Assembly (NCBI GenBank): GCA_038087875.1 | Contig: CM075977.1 | Coordinates: 136,896,001 to 136,960,000 of the forward strand | Source of the DNA: Malacoraja senta | Taxonomy: Eukaryota | Reading direction: 5' to 3' | DNA length: 64,000 nucleotides | Shown here: positions 38,731 to 52,409 of the stretch, piece by piece | Layout of the letters: every line of letters starts with the position of its first letter | How positions within the stretch are numbered: the stretch's first letter is position 1 | The notes under the pieces: model-generated | Seen by the model: the letters and a program-made list of their open reading frames with translations, nothing else | Databases searched by the model: none | Told to the model about the DNA's origin: nothing | Made by a program: the position numbers and the translations under genes

Positions 38731-39591
38731 TCTCTCTCCAAAGACTATACTACCATTGTCAATGAAGAATTTGATGTATAAATTCATTCTAATTTAACCC
38801 TAGTGAATTGAAAAAATCCAAACTGTTGAGCAATTAAGATCACACAGCTAACACTGACCATTTAGCTTGAAACTGACCATTTGCTAAACAGGGAACATTG
38901 ATTAAGAGTTACCATGGTGCAGATTGATATAATGACAAAGTAATATTTGAATGGAATTAGAATTCTCTTTGGATTGCATTGGTGGGGCAGAAGCCAAGCT
39001 CAGTTATGTAAATCTTTTACATTCGACAATGGAGTTTTGGGGTGATCAACACTAAAATCAAAGCATAATTCTTAGTGCCATGATGCAATTTTCAAATTAG
39101 ATTGATGAGATGTCCTTGGAGTTCATTTCCATTGGCTGGCACATGTAAGCAACTTCCAAGCTGTGTGGTGGCGCACTGTTCTCTACCAACTTACTGCCTT
39201 GAAAGCCCAAGAATCCATTTCTACAGTCAAGGCTCAGGTCTTAACCCAAAATCCATTTACAGTTTCAGGGCTGCAGTGCACATCAACAGAAAGTTCATTT
39301 GTAGCTCCTATTTCGCATCTACGCCTTTTAACCTGCTCAACCCATTACATTCCTCCAGCAGATTTTGTGTTGCTCCAGATTCCAGCATTTGCAGTCCCTT
39401 GTGACTGTCTCGTAAACATTTTTGCCAACTTTTCAAATACATTACATTTTTGATAACAGGACCGTAAGCACATTTGATGGTCCATCTGCCATTTCAAACT
39501 ATCCTATAAATTTATATCGCATGACATGTAACAATAATCCCACTTTAACGTTATTAATTCTGCTTGATTGATGGATGATACATTGGTGGAT

Positions 39592-39930
39592 GATGCAGTG
39601 GTGCAGCTGGTAGGACTGAGGTTTCACAGATCTAAAGATCTAAGATCAATCCTGACCTTAGGTGCTGTCTGTGTGGTATTTACACGTGCTTTCTGGGCTT
39701 TTCTAGTGCTAATGTGGGTTTCCACTGGGTGCTCTGGTTTCATTCCACATCTGAAAAGGGTGCTGATTGATAGGTTTATTGACCACAGGAAATTTTGCCT
39801 GGTACATAGATGAGTGGTAGAACCTATGGAATATTAATGGGAATGCGGGAACGATGGGAATGGTATTTAATGGGTGGCACTGAATTGTTGGGCTGAAAGG
39901 CCTGTTTCCATGCCTTATGACTCTATGACA
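39592..39930 (+). mobile_element. Older HE1-like SINE
   Basis: Head, V-domain and (atgactct) tail. Confidence 0.7.
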
Positions 39931-40069
39931 CTTTTGGCTTGACTAACAATTACTAACTGAATGATTAAATGGTAATGCAATGACTAATTAAACTCCAATA
40001 GCATCTTATGAGTTTGGGTAACTAGATTTTGTTCACTTGCCCCAGTATCTCAGGTTGCTGATCTATGTT

Positions 40070-40295
40070 TCTCTGTGGTCAGGAGGCCCTGACCACGGAG
40101 AAACATCAGAGGAAGAGGACTGACTTTGGTGCCTTCCCTCACAGTGGGAAACATTTGATTCTGCTGTGGGGGGATGTTTTATGTTGGACTCTATCGTGTG
40201 TTGTGTTCTTTATTTTATTGTATGGCTGTATGGTAACCACACATTTCATTGTACCAACTGGTACATGTGACAAATAAATGTATCTTGTATCTTGT
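40070..40295 (+). mobile_element. 3' fragment of the GC-rich Rex1-tail family
   Basis: GACTTTGGTGCCTTCCCTCACAGTGGGAA and TGACAAATAAA tail. Confidence 0.65.
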
Positions 40296-40961
40296 TTCTA
40301 TTGCCTTGCACAGTGTGTCAGTTGTTCCATCAAATGACTTTCATCTATTCCCTTGCCAATATTGCTACCTCTTTTACCTGCCTTCCCTAATTGAATGAAC
40401 TTCAGCTATGTTTTTATTTTTGAGTGCATGACAGCTGCTTTTCTTATCTGACTACAAAGTGGTGCAGCGCCTGCAACTGGACGCTGTCCTAGTTCTTTAA
40501 TATTAGGTGACTGGCACATCACTACCTAGCTTGGCCAGATTTCTCTCATTGCACTAACGTTGGTAGTGTTGCTTTGATATCAAGTGCTGTGATTCATCTC
40601 TGTTTCATCTTGTCTAAAGTTTCACATGAACTCACTATGAGGTCATGTGATATCCTTTGATATGTAAATTGGTATACTTCTGAGTTTTACTTTTGTCTCG
40701 GAATATTTACTGCTAAGGTGATAAATGACCAGGCTCTGTTCTCCAATCCCAGTGTGAGGGCAATGATTGAATACTCATAGAATCATAGAGAAAGAGTCCT
40801 ACAGTGTGGAAACAGGCCCTTCGGCCCAACTTGACCATGCTGACCTACATGCCTCATTTCAATACAACTATTTGAAACTACTCCTTCATCCATTACAAGA
40901 GAATCATTATTTATTTTTATTTTTAACTAGATACTACTTGCATTAATGTAGGAACGCTAAT

Positions 40962-41261
40962 GTTTAGTTTAGTTTAGAGATACAGCACGGAAACAGGCAC
41001 TTCGGCCCACCGAGTCCACATAGACCAGCGATCCTGCACTATCCTACACACTTAGGGACAATTTACAATTTTTACCAAAGCCAATTAACCTACAATCCCA
41101 TACATCTTTGGAGTGTGGGAGGAAACCGGAGCACGCGGGGAAACCCCATCAGGTCACGTGGAGAATGTACAAGTTCCGTACAGACAACAACTGTAGTCAG
41201 GATGGATCCAGGGTCTCCGGCGCTGTAAGGCAGCAACTCTACCACTGCACCACCGTGCTGC
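40962..41261 (-). mobile_element. HE1 SINE, full length
   Basis: As 6521-6841. Confidence 0.9.
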
Positions 41262-41911
41262 TTGTGAATAGCTTGTGAATGCTTGTGAATAGAATACATT
41301 TTTGACTTCAAGGGTTTGATTTTACTTCTTGGTAGGTTTGGGCATCAGGATGGCAAGCTGGGTGGACAGGTCATCTGTGGCTGCAGGTACAAGGCTCAAG
41401 CTGCTTTAATCACTGACCATTGTTATTATGCCCCTGATCCATCAGCAGTCTGCAGCCAAAAACACTTAGTCACAAACCAGCACCTTACAGGTTAGATGTC
41501 AGGTTTAGCTGGTTTAACAGGGGTACTGCACAAAACATCACTTTCTTTTATTGAGTCTTTCTGCAGCTAATATTCTATGCACAGAAATGGTCCAAATGAT
41601 AGTGGTTTCTTCAAATTAGGCCTGTGTTAAAAATCAACTGAGTCCTAATTATTTCTCCAACATTTGGCAGTAAAGAAGGACACCACTTCCTACTGACTTT
41701 CAAAGATGTCCACACTATATACAATTCCACCTGCCTGGTTTCTGCTGGCCAATTAATCAGCCACAACATCCCCTTCCCCAACATCAGAACCAATAATGAC
41801 CTAAAACAATATTTAGAATAAAATGTTCTCCTCTTAGTTTCAACAATAGACTTCAGCTACAATCTCAGAAGCAAATACCCAATGGCAGAGTGCACTATAA
41901 TGGAAACAAGT

Positions 41912-42880
41912 GAGTTTATTGTTTATTGTCATGTGTGCCTGATAGGACAATGAAATTCTTGCTTTGCTTCAGCACAACAGAACATATTAGGCATTGACTA
42001 CAAGGCATTCTATAAATATATACACACATGAATCAATATACTGATAAAGTGCAAATAACAGTTAATTGGCTAATAAAGTTCAGTGTTTTGTCCGAGCCAG
42101 GTTTAATAGCCTGATGGCTGTGGGGAAGTAGCTATTCCTGAACCTGGTCGTTGCAGTCTTCAGGCTCCTGTACCTTCTACCTGAAGGTAGTAGGGAGATG
42201 AGTGTGTGGCCAGGATGGTGTGGGTCCTTGATGATACTGCCAGCCTTTTTGAGGCAGCGACTGTGATAGATCCCCTCGATGGAAGGGAGGTCAGAGCCGA
42301 TGATGGACTGGGCAGTGTTTACTACTTTTTGTAGTCTTTTCCTCTCCAGGGCACTCAAGTTGCCGAACCAAGCCATGATGCAAACGGTCAGCATGCTCTC
42401 TACTGTGCACCTGTAGAAGTTAGAGAGAGTCCTCCTTGACAAACCGACTCTCCGTAATCTTCTCAGGAAGTAGAGGCGCTGATGTGCTTTCTTAATAATG
42501 GCATCAGTGTTCTCGGACCAGGAAAGATCTTCAGAGATGTGCACGCCCAGGAATTTGAAGCTCTTGACCCTTTCAACCATCGACCCGTTGATGTAAACGG
42601 GACTGTGGGTCCCCATCCTACTCCTTCCAAATTCCACAATCAGTTCCTTGGTTTTGCTGGTGTTGAGGGCCAGGTTATTGTGCTGGCACCATATGGAGAG
42701 TTGCTCGATCTCTCTTCTATACTCTGACTCATCCCTATCAGTGATACGTTCCACAACAGTGGTGTCATCAGCGAACTTGATGATGGAGTTTGCACTATGT
42801 CCGGCTACGCAGTCATGAGTATAGAGTGAGTACAGCAGGGGGCTGAGCACGCAGCCTTGAGGTGCTCCCGTGCTGATTGA
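41912..42880 (-). mobile_element. Rex1/Babar LINE, 5'-truncated, with open RT C-terminal ORF (42080-42850)
   Basis: LSPLLYSLYTHDC, KFADD, FKFLGVHI, HPGH..LLPSGRRYR; TGACAATAAA tail. Confidence 0.92.
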
Positions 42881-43569
42881 ACAGTGAGATGAACATGTTT
42901 ATCAACTATATGTCAGTGTTAATGAAGTCTGAACCTGTGACTAGTGAAAACTGAATAGGCTCAATATAAAAATTGGCTTAACTTGTCTAATCTCAATTCT
43001 ATTCATAGAGTCATCGAGTCATAGTGTTGTACAACATGGAAAAGGCCCTCACCGACCAGCATCTACATTAGCCCTGGTGCCTGCATTTGGCCCATATCCC
43101 TCTAAACCTATCCTATCCTATTCCTTGATATTTGAATCACTGTGGCCGGTTTACAATTTCCTTTGGCTTTTTTAACCTACAACATTATTTTGTGAGGTAT
43201 ATAAGATATTAAGATACATCAATTTTTGCTTTGTAAGGCATGTCAAATTTCATACCCTTCTTGCAAATTTATGAGTGCAAATAGATATTCTCTCCTCGGC
43301 ATTTACCATATTTCCTATTCTGTCATTCACTGATATTAGAAAATGTGTTTTAATTCCAAAGTCTAAATTCTTAATATAATAAACCTCAAGGCTACAGCTT
43401 TTCAAGTTCTGGGTCTCTGAATACCTAGCCTTTACTACTGCTCAGTGCGAGCTTCATGCATACATTCTGCTACTTTTCTTATGTCTTCATGCACTGAATT
43501 TAGTCTGTGAATTACATAGAACTGTGGAAAATTAGATACATTTGGATCTGTCTCATTTCTTCAAAGTAT

Positions 43570-43848
43570 CTTTGGCCCACTGTGTCCGTGCCGACCAACA
43601 GTCACCCCATACACTAGCACTATCCTACACACTGGGGGCAATTTACAATTTTACAGAAACTAGTTAACCTACTAACATGTATGTCTTTTGAGTGTGGGAG
43701 GAAACCGGATCACCCTGAGAAGACCCATGTGGTCAATTGGAGAATGTACAAACTCCGTACAGACAGCACGCGTAGTCAGGATCAAACCCAGTTCTCTGGT
43801 GCTCTACTCTACTGGCAACAACTCTACTGCTGCACCATTATGTCACCA
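43570..43848 (-). mobile_element. HE1 SINE
   Basis: V-domain and head. Confidence 0.85.
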
Positions 43849-44319
43849 TATCAAATGAGATTAATCATGCAAGACATTCCCTTTTCAAATCCATCATGAC
43901 TGCTTATAGTTTTGATTTTGGCATGTTTTCCACTTTTCTCATTTGTAAGGATTCTCGTTTTTCTTTCCCAGCACTCATGCCAGACTGACTGGTCTGATAG
44001 GACATGAGTTATCTATCTTTTTAAGCAAAGATATATCCAATGTTATCTATCCTCCAGTTCCTGGAATTGCACCCTTTATGAACAGTGGTGCAACTGATAG
44101 AGCTGCTGCCTGACAACGCCAGAAACCTAGACCCAAGGTCAGGGTCAGGATTAAAGTAGAAATTATTTAAATATATATTTAATAAAAAGGGGAGAAATAT
44201 AAATAATGGAAGTCAAAGAGGATTAAAAACCTTCATTTAGTTTAGTCACACAATTTAAAATATAGTAATATAAGTATTATTACTTAAATTTAGTGATTTG
44301 ATTGATAAATTGATTAATA

Positions 44320-44563
44320 GATTGAAAGAAACAGCAAGGAAACAGGTCCTTTGGCCCACCGAGTCCATGCCAACCTTCGATCACCCGTCCACACTAGTTC
44401 TACACCATCTCAATTTTGTATCCACTCCCTTCAGCAGCCCACACTTCTTTGGGATGTAGTCACAGAGAGAAAATGCAAACTCTGAGCACCTGAGGTCAGG
44501 ATCGATCAGGGTGTCTGGCTCTGTGAGGCAGCTGCTCTATCAGCTGGGCCACTGTGCTGCCCT
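44320..44563 (-). mobile_element. Older HE1-like SINE
   Basis: Tail and head recognisable, internal deletion. Confidence 0.7.
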
Positions 44564-45507
44564 TCTAGGATTGTGGTGGCACTTTTGGAAATGTTCCCTT
44601 CTGCTTCACAATATTACTGTTTTCCAAGAACGTTCCACACCTGAACTTTTTTTCCACATCCCTTCCTAAATAATTTATTTCTGATCATATTGTATAATTT
44701 CCAAAATCCATTCCTACGCAGGAATTTGTACTACATTTTGTACCACAATTAACTGTAATGAGAAAAATTGGGAAAAGGCATTTTCATGTTTTGGTGAAGC
44801 TAGGCTTAGAACCTGATTCAGCTGGTTTTCGCATTGACAATATATTTTTTGATAAATCTTACGTGTGTATATTCTCAGTGAATTTTATTCAACAGTTGCA
44901 ATACACCAAGGTGGAATGTCATAACTCAACAAGGCTATCATATTTGTTTCTCGATAAAACTTCAAGGGATATTAATGAAGGTGAATATCAATTTGGTACT
45001 TGTTTGGTAACTTGGACAGATAAGAGATGTCAGGAAAGTATAATTCATATAGCAACCACTAAATAATATGCAGCAGGAAGTTTTTGTACGGATACCATGT
45101 AAACATTCTTATTTTTCTGTAGTTTCTAGTGTTCTAAGTGTACACCGTTTTCTGTTTCAATTCAGATATCCAGAATTTAGAGAATTTTGCACTTCATTTT
45201 AGGGAATGAAGTTCCACAATCACATTTGAAAAGGTATACATTTAAATGAAAAATGGCAAATATGCCATTCTCTACTGGGTTGGTAGTACTGTATGTAAAA
45301 ATGCACTAAAACTTTCAATATGAAATCAGACCACGTTATTGAATATTTGAGATTGGTAACTGATGTTCTCAGATTTGAATAATATGAGGTTCCTTCACTT
45401 GTATTGATAATGTTAATTCAACTATCAAAATTAGAAATTAACTGTTTCACTTTAAATTTATATTTTGGTAGATCAAGTTCATTTTCACAGGATATTATTA
45501 TATGTGA

Positions 45508-45685
45508 TCTGATAGGAGCAGAATTAGGCCATTCGGAATTAGTCTACTCTGCCATTCAATCGGGACTGATCTATCTAACCCCATTCTTCTGCCTTCTCCC
45601 CATAACCCTTGACATGCATACTAATCAAGAATCTATCTATCCCTGCCTTAAAAATATCCATTGACTTAGCCTCTACAGCCTTCTT
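45508..45685 (-). mobile_element. CR1 3' tail
   Basis: gataggagcagaattaggccattcgg...ctaatcaagaatctat. Confidence 0.75.
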
Positions 45686-46979
45686 ATAGCTTCTTTTGTT
45701 CCATTCGCTACCAGTAGAACAAATATTTCATCTTGCTAATATGATCTTGTTGTACTAAAACCATTTTCCATTACAACATAAGTCATATTAGTAAGATGAA
45801 ATAAAACAAATAATAAATCTTTCTTACGGGAGTCCACACACTGGTGCGGCGATTTGTTCTGCTGTCTCGCAGCTCCAAGGATCTGAATTTGATCCCAATC
45901 CCACCTGTGTGACTCACATCCCAAACATGTACTGGTGGGTTAAGTGGCAAATGTAAATTGTCCCTGAGTATAGGCGAATGACGCAGAAAAACCCCAACGG
46001 GATTGGTGGGACATATAAGAGAAAATAAAGTGCAGGATTACGTGGGGAAAGGGGAGTGGAATTCATCACGTTATTCTGCATGAACTGGCATGCACTTGAT
46101 GGGCCAAATGATCTTCTTCAAATCCAATAAAATAAGTTAGCATTTACACACTTATTTCAGACATAGATGTTCCTTAACTATGACCGATTAAATGATGCCC
46201 ACATATATTTGGAGCTCAAACAGAATATGCTATTATTCACTCTCATAATCTTGCTGCCTTTTCTTTCTTATGGGGATGAAGGGACCAACTCTGAATAACT
46301 ATTGCTGCAATCTTCAGTTTAATTTGACGTTCATAAAATGCGATGTAACTGGATACAAACTGGGTGAGCATACTTCTTGTCATGAGCTAAACAGCATTTC
46401 ATAAACCTAGGAATATTCAACAATACTTGTTTGTTTCTTTATTGGAACCAAGTTTGTTTTGTATTATCAGCAGTATGAAAAACATAAATTTGATATTGTA
46501 ATGAAGGCTAAGCCAAAATGAACAGGTGCAAGGTATTATAAGAACAAACTATAGGACTGTGAGAAGAGCTCCAGGGAGGATTAAGTATGAAGTGCAATGA
46601 GAAAAAAAACCCCAGAAATTATTTAAGACAAATTAAAGGGATGTACTAAGGTAGTATTACCTCTGAGAAACATGACAAGACAAAGATCACAGTTGGAGCC
46701 AAAATATAAATCAAAGGCCAACCTGGAATTATTTCAATGATAAAACAAAACAAAATATGATGACATGCCACGTAAAAAAATGATAAAAATAAAAATATCC
46801 AAAAGACATTCAGCAGAGTAAATAATGTATTGGAGATCACTTAAGCCATTAGTTCAGTAACAATAGGAGATCAGGAAACACCCTTCTTATTGAACAAATT
46901 ATTTACATCATATTTCTCAAACTTAGATTCTGAATAGAATCCTCATTCTGGCAATCTGTATCAAAAAACCTGTCAAGTA

Positions 46980-48091
46980 TGCGCAAGTGAGAGAAAATGG
47001 TTACAAAGTTGTTCAAACTATTAAACAGATTCCGGAGGCTGTGGGGGTGGGGGGTGGGATTAAAATTCAGGTTTGTATTGGAGAGAGCGCAGAGACAGGG
47101 AGAGAGCAGAGACAGGGAGAGAAGACAGAGACAGGGAGAGAAGGCATAACCAGAGAGAGGGCAGAGGCAGAGAGGGAGGCCAGAGACAGAGAGAGAGGGC
47201 AGAGACAGAGAGAGAGGGCAGAGACAGAGAGAGAGGGCAGAGACAGAGAGAGAGGGCAGAGACAGAGGGCAGAGACAGAGAGAGAGGGCAGAGACAGAGA
47301 GAGAGGGCAGAGATAGAGAGAGAGGGCAGAGACAGAGAGAGAGGACAGAGACAGAGAGAGAGGGCAGAGACAGACTGAGAGGGCAAAGACAGAGAGAGAG
47401 GACAGAGACAGAGAGAGAGGGCAGAGACAGAGGGAGAGGGCAGAGACAGAGAGAGGCCACGGGCGTGCGTCGACCCGAGGACCCCGAGTGAGGTGGTGGG
47501 CGGTCGTCGAGAGAGGGAGGCTGCGGGCGGACGTGGACTCGAGGGAGGCCGCGGGCGGACAGGCGGTCGTCAACCCGAGGACCCCGAGCGAGGCGGCGGG
47601 CGGTTATGCGGGCGGGCGTGGACCCGAGCGCGGCCACGGGCGGGTGGTCGGGCATCGACCCGAGGACTCCGAGCGAGGTGCCAGGCGGGCGTCGACCTGA
47701 GGATCGCGTGTTCAGCCGCCGCAGTCTCCAATCCAGGGCCCGACTTCATCTCAGGGCTCATCCTTTCTTCCACCGGCGGCATCTTTTGAATAATGGGGGG
47801 GTGACGTCACTCGAAGCGCGTGGAAGATTCTGTGTGTGAGACGGCGCTGAGCAGACCCATTGTGACGTCATCAGCGAAAGCTCGTTATTTAAATTCAAAG
47901 TCTTTCGACTTTTATAAACATTTTCAGTAATGTCGAGAAAGAAAGCATGAAATGTTCAGATAAGGTGATTTGGACTCAACGGGAAAAATGTCAACCGGAA
48001 TATGTAAAAATGTTATCATAGTTTTTTTGCGAAGATGTAAACACACACACATATACACAAATACAAGATCAGAATTTTAGAGTTATATAGA
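46980..48091 (-). mobile_element. Non-autonomous Helitron-like element; 5' end clear, left boundary uncertain
   Basis: Minus-strand start A|TCTATATAACTCTAAAATTCTGATCTTGT resembles the start of 2619-3276; no CTAG end found on the left. Confidence 0.6.
47081..47456. repeat. Purine-rich minisatellite, 19-bp unit GAGACAGAGAGAGAGGGCA
   Basis: Period of 19 read directly; explains the low-complexity ORFs. Confidence 0.95.
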
Positions 48092-48141
48092 TATGATGAT
48101 ACTAGACCAAGTGGGACCCATTGGGGCATGATCAAAGAAGT

Positions 48142-48272
48142 GTGTAGGGAGGAAATGCAGATGCTGGTTTAAAGCGAAGATAGACACAAAATGCTGGAGT
48201 AACTCAGCGGGACAGGCAGCATCTCTGGAGAGAAATAATGGGTTACTTCGGGTCAAGACCCTTCTTCAGATT
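48142..48272 (-). mobile_element. Penelope-derived mini-element
   Basis: Same terminal sequence as 54321-54593. Confidence 0.7.
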
Positions 48273-49190
48273 GGGCAAAGAATTGGCAGATGTAATACAG
48301 TGTAGCAAAGTATGTAATCATGCACTTTAGTTGTAGTAATAGTGGCATATACTATTTTCTAAATGGGGAGAGAATTCAGAAATTGAAGGTGCAAAGGGAC
48401 CTGGGAGTGCTGGTGCATTTTTCTCAAAAGATTATTTTGCAAGTTAAATTGATAGAAGAAATCAAATGTTAGCATTTATTTTGAGAAACATAGAAACAGA
48501 AAATAGGTGCAGGAGTAGGCTATTCGGCCCTTTGAGCCAGCACCATCATTCAATATAATCATGGCTGATCATCCAAAATCAGTACCCCATTCTGGCTTTT
48601 TCCCCATATCCCTTGATTCCCTTACCCCTAAGAGCTAAATCTAACTAAGCTCTAAAGAAGGCTAGAATATAAAAACAGGGATGTAATGGTCAGGTTTTAT
48701 AAGGCACTGTTCAGACCTCATGTGAAGTATTGTGAGCAGGTTTGGGCTCAATATCTGAGGAGAGACGTGGGGCCTATATTCGCTGGAGTTTAGAAGGATG
48801 AGGGGGGACCACATTGAATCTTCCCAAATAGTGAAAGACCTGGATAGAGTGGATGTGGAGAGGATATTTCCACTAGTTTGAAAGTCTCGGAGCAGAGGGC
48901 ACAGAATAAAAGGATGTACCTTTAGAAAGGTGATGAGGATGAATTTCTTCAGTGGGATTGTGGTGAATCTGTGGAATTCATTGCCACAGTTGGCTACGGA
49001 GTCCAAGTCATTGAGTATTTTTAAAGCGGAGATTGACTGGTTCTTGATTAGTAAGAGTGTCAAAGGTTATGGGGAGAAGGCAGGAGAATGGGGTTGAGAG
49101 GGAATGATAGATCAGCCAAGATTGAATGATGGAGTAGACTCGATGGTCCGAATGGCCTAATTCTGCTCCTATGACTAATGAACTTATGTA
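48272..49190 (+). mobile_element. Degenerate CR1 3' portion with an opposite-strand CR1 tail inserted at about 48486-48645
   Basis: WAKNWQM, YFLNGE, KGLDRVDVER-like remnants; (TTTCTATG) tail on the minus strand. Confidence 0.8.
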
Positions 49191-50574
49191 CAGTAGATCA
49201 ACTAATCTTACCTGCCTGCACAAGATCCATATCCCTCCATTCCCTGCTTATCCACGTGCCTATCTAAAAGCCTCCTAAAAGCCAGTATCAGTGTGCATGT
49301 TTACTGCTGCCCATTAAAATTTGAGGAATTACTGCATTTTTTAGCAAAGTTATGCCACATAATATTTTCCAACACTTTGATGAGGTAATAACTGTTTAAA
49401 CAATTGATACAAAACAAAAGAAGACATTTTATTTTTTTAAATGCACTTTGCTATGTTACATTCAAAACAATTGTACTGCTAGCACAATGTTGTAAACTTA
49501 TTTCGAGTGGAAGAATAATTCAATACATCTATTCGTTCTGCATTATACTTTTCAGAATAGGCACATTAAAATTATTTCCCACTTGCAAAAGTAAAAATCA
49601 ACTTGAGATGAATAAATGAACAGTTGAATCCATAAGATGATGGAGCACCATGTTTGAATTGTAGAAGTTGCACTGGAAGGAAGTCATTTGATTTACTACG
49701 GCTGTTCTGGTTCAGGCACTTCAACTGAGCTATCACGGTAGATTTACCTTTTCAACGTGCCCCTGGGATTAGTGGCCCCAGGTGCATCGAAGAGGAAAGG
49801 GCACAGAATCATACTGCCGGGTTTCCTCCACTGGTTCCTGCAATAAGTCTTGAAATTTATTGCTGACATAACTGGGCCCTCTCCTGGTGCGTGCCAGTCC
49901 CTTTATGATGACGGAGGTGGAATTGGCGGATCATGGTGCCCTTGGTCATTTTTAGATGCCTGCCATCATTATATGTTCCACGACCTCTGAAGAGACCAGT
50001 ATCAAGTTTGTGCCTTCCAATGGACTGAATAGTCTGGAAAACTCTGAAGAGGTTCAGACTATGCATGAAAAGTAGGACACTTAGTTGAGCCCAATTACAG
50101 GTCACTTCCTCAAACCAAATGAATACTTCAAGTGGTCTCTGCTTGTTGAGTGCCTTGAGGTTAAAATATTTTACTTGCATTAATCCACCCCTTGTTCTTT
50201 CCCTTTCAAAAAGTTGAACCCATTCCACTTTAAATAGTGTTTATGGCTCAGCCTAAATGCATCCACATCATAATTTGGCCAGAAGAGTTTCCTGCTCACA
50301 ACCTCTCCATTTGGTTCCTTTTACCTTTTGATGGTACTATGCAAACATTATGCTTCCCTTCCTCTTACTTATTAGTCTGTAGAAGGTGCCCAATTCGAAA
50401 AGTCATCTGTACATTTATCCCACCGCAGATGCTCACTGATCCGTTGAGTTGCTCCAAAACGTCATTTTTTACTCTTCCCTTTGTTTCTTAGGGTACTTTG
50501 AATTCTGTGCTCTCATTTCTGATTTGTTATAATACTGTTTACCTATTTGATCTATCAGGATTTTGCACACATTT

Positions 50575-50945
50575 TCACCAGCATAATCAAGGATGAGTCT
50601 CACCCTGGACATTCCCTCTTCCATCAAGCAAGAGGTACATGTGTGAAAACGTAAACCTCCAGATTCAGGGACAGTTTCTTCCCAGCTGTTATCAGGCAAC
50701 TGAACCATCCTATCATGAACTTGAGAGTCGTTCAGAGCTAGCATCTACCTCATTGAAGATCCTCGGTCTATCTTTAATCGAGCTTAACTGGACTTTATCT
50801 TGCACTAAACGTTATTCCTTTTATCCTGTATCTGTACACTGTGGACGGCTTGTTGTCATCATGTATGACCTTTCCGCTGACTGGATCACTTGCAGCAAAA
50901 CAATTATCACCGTACCTTGGTCCACATGACAATAAACTAAACTAC
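50575..50945 (+). mobile_element. Rex1 3' end (ORF C-terminus plus UTR)
   Basis: SIIKDESHPGH...SRFRDSFFPAVIRQLN followed by TGACAATAAA(CTAAA)n. Confidence 0.8.
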
Positions 50946-51439
50946 ATAAACCTTCATTAACTTTCCCTATTTTAGTTATCTCAAAAAGCAAAGACTGAAC
51001 TTGATGATTTTATATAAGCTGTCATTGCTGTCATTGCAGGTTGAAGTTAAGTGAAATTTAACTTTGCTGCCACTTTCTTTTCAACATTATTTGCAGTCTC
51101 TTGACAAAAATAGTTAAAAAGCAATATGGCATTTCCCTAACTAATATTTCAGATGTTTCCTTTCTTGTTCAGTCTGTCCAGCTTCTTTTATTTTCTTTTT
51201 ATTTGGGCTGTGCCTATTAAAACCCATGTTATTTCATTTTTATAGTGACTGCTGGGTTTCACTCATACTTTTTCTTACGTTTTTTATAGGTTTTTTTTCT
51301 CTTTGGTACATTCTACGTGCCTTTGTTTACTTAATGGCTATCGATTCCAAGAAAATGCCCCTTGTGTCAGGACAATATGATCTTGAAGCATGCTGCCCAT
51401 GGGATTCTGTTGCATATTGTAATGTCATGTGAGTAGTGA

Positions 51440-51805
51440 ATAGTGAAAGGCCTGAATAGAGTGGATGTGTGGAGGATGTTTCCACTAGCGGTCAAGTCCA
51501 GGACCAGAGGCCATAGCCTCAGAATAAAAGGATGTACCTTTAGAAAAGGGATGAGGAGGAATTTCTTTAGTCAGGGAGTGGTGAATCTGTGGAATTCATT
51601 GCCACAAGAAAGCTGTGGAGGCCGTCAAAGGATATTTTTATGGTCGAGATTGATAGATTTGTGATTAGTACGGGTGGCAGGGGTTTTGGGGAGAAGGCAG
51701 GAAATGGGATTGTGAGGGAAAGATAGATCAGCCATGATTGACTGGTGGTGTCGACTTGATGGTCCGAATTCCCTAATTCTGCTCCTACTACTTATGAACT
51801 TATGA
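51440..51805 (+). mobile_element. CR1 3' fragment
   Basis: RTRGHSLRIKG...VVNLWNSLPQ. Confidence 0.85.
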
Positions 51806-52179
51806 ACGATATACACTATGTCATGTGTCACACGTACTGTATCTAGATGCCACTTCCGTAATTTCATTGCTAAGAAATTAGAAATTGCTAAAAGTTATTC
51901 AACTGATACAAAAAATTGGAAAGACTATATATTTATCAACTGAAGTCTTGAGTACAGAAGCTGATGTAACAGATTTTGAGACCCCATCTGGCACTTTTGA
52001 TTCCGGTAACTCTAGCTACTGGAGAACACATTTGCCATGGATACAGGGAAGAACATATTCATCCATGAAACAAGAGGACCAAGAAACTTGAATGATGTGG
52101 CTATACTATGTGGAGTTAACTTGTAATAGAGTGATCGAATCATGCAGCACAACAAGAGGCTCTTCAGCATTTAATTAAA

Positions 52180-52395
52180 TTAAGTTTAGTTTAGTTTAGT
52201 TTAATTTAGTTTAGTTTAGTTTATTGTCAAGTGAACAGTTTTTTTGTTGCGTTCTATCCAGTCAGCGGAAAGACTATACATGATTACAATCAAGCCGTCC
52301 ACTGTGTACAGAAACAGGATAAAGGGAATAAAGTTTTGTGCAAGATAAAGTCCTGTAAATCCCAAGATAGTCCGAGGATCTCCAAAGGGGTAGAT
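52180..52395 (-). mobile_element. Rex1-type 3' UTR fragment with (TTTAG)n tail
   Basis: Reverse complement of 50735-50945. Confidence 0.7.
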
Positions 52396-52409
52396 GATAG
52401 GTCAGGACC

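Noticed and set aside
46903-47839. SLSLCL and RERAET repeat proteins
   Set aside because: Translations of the 19-bp minisatellite.
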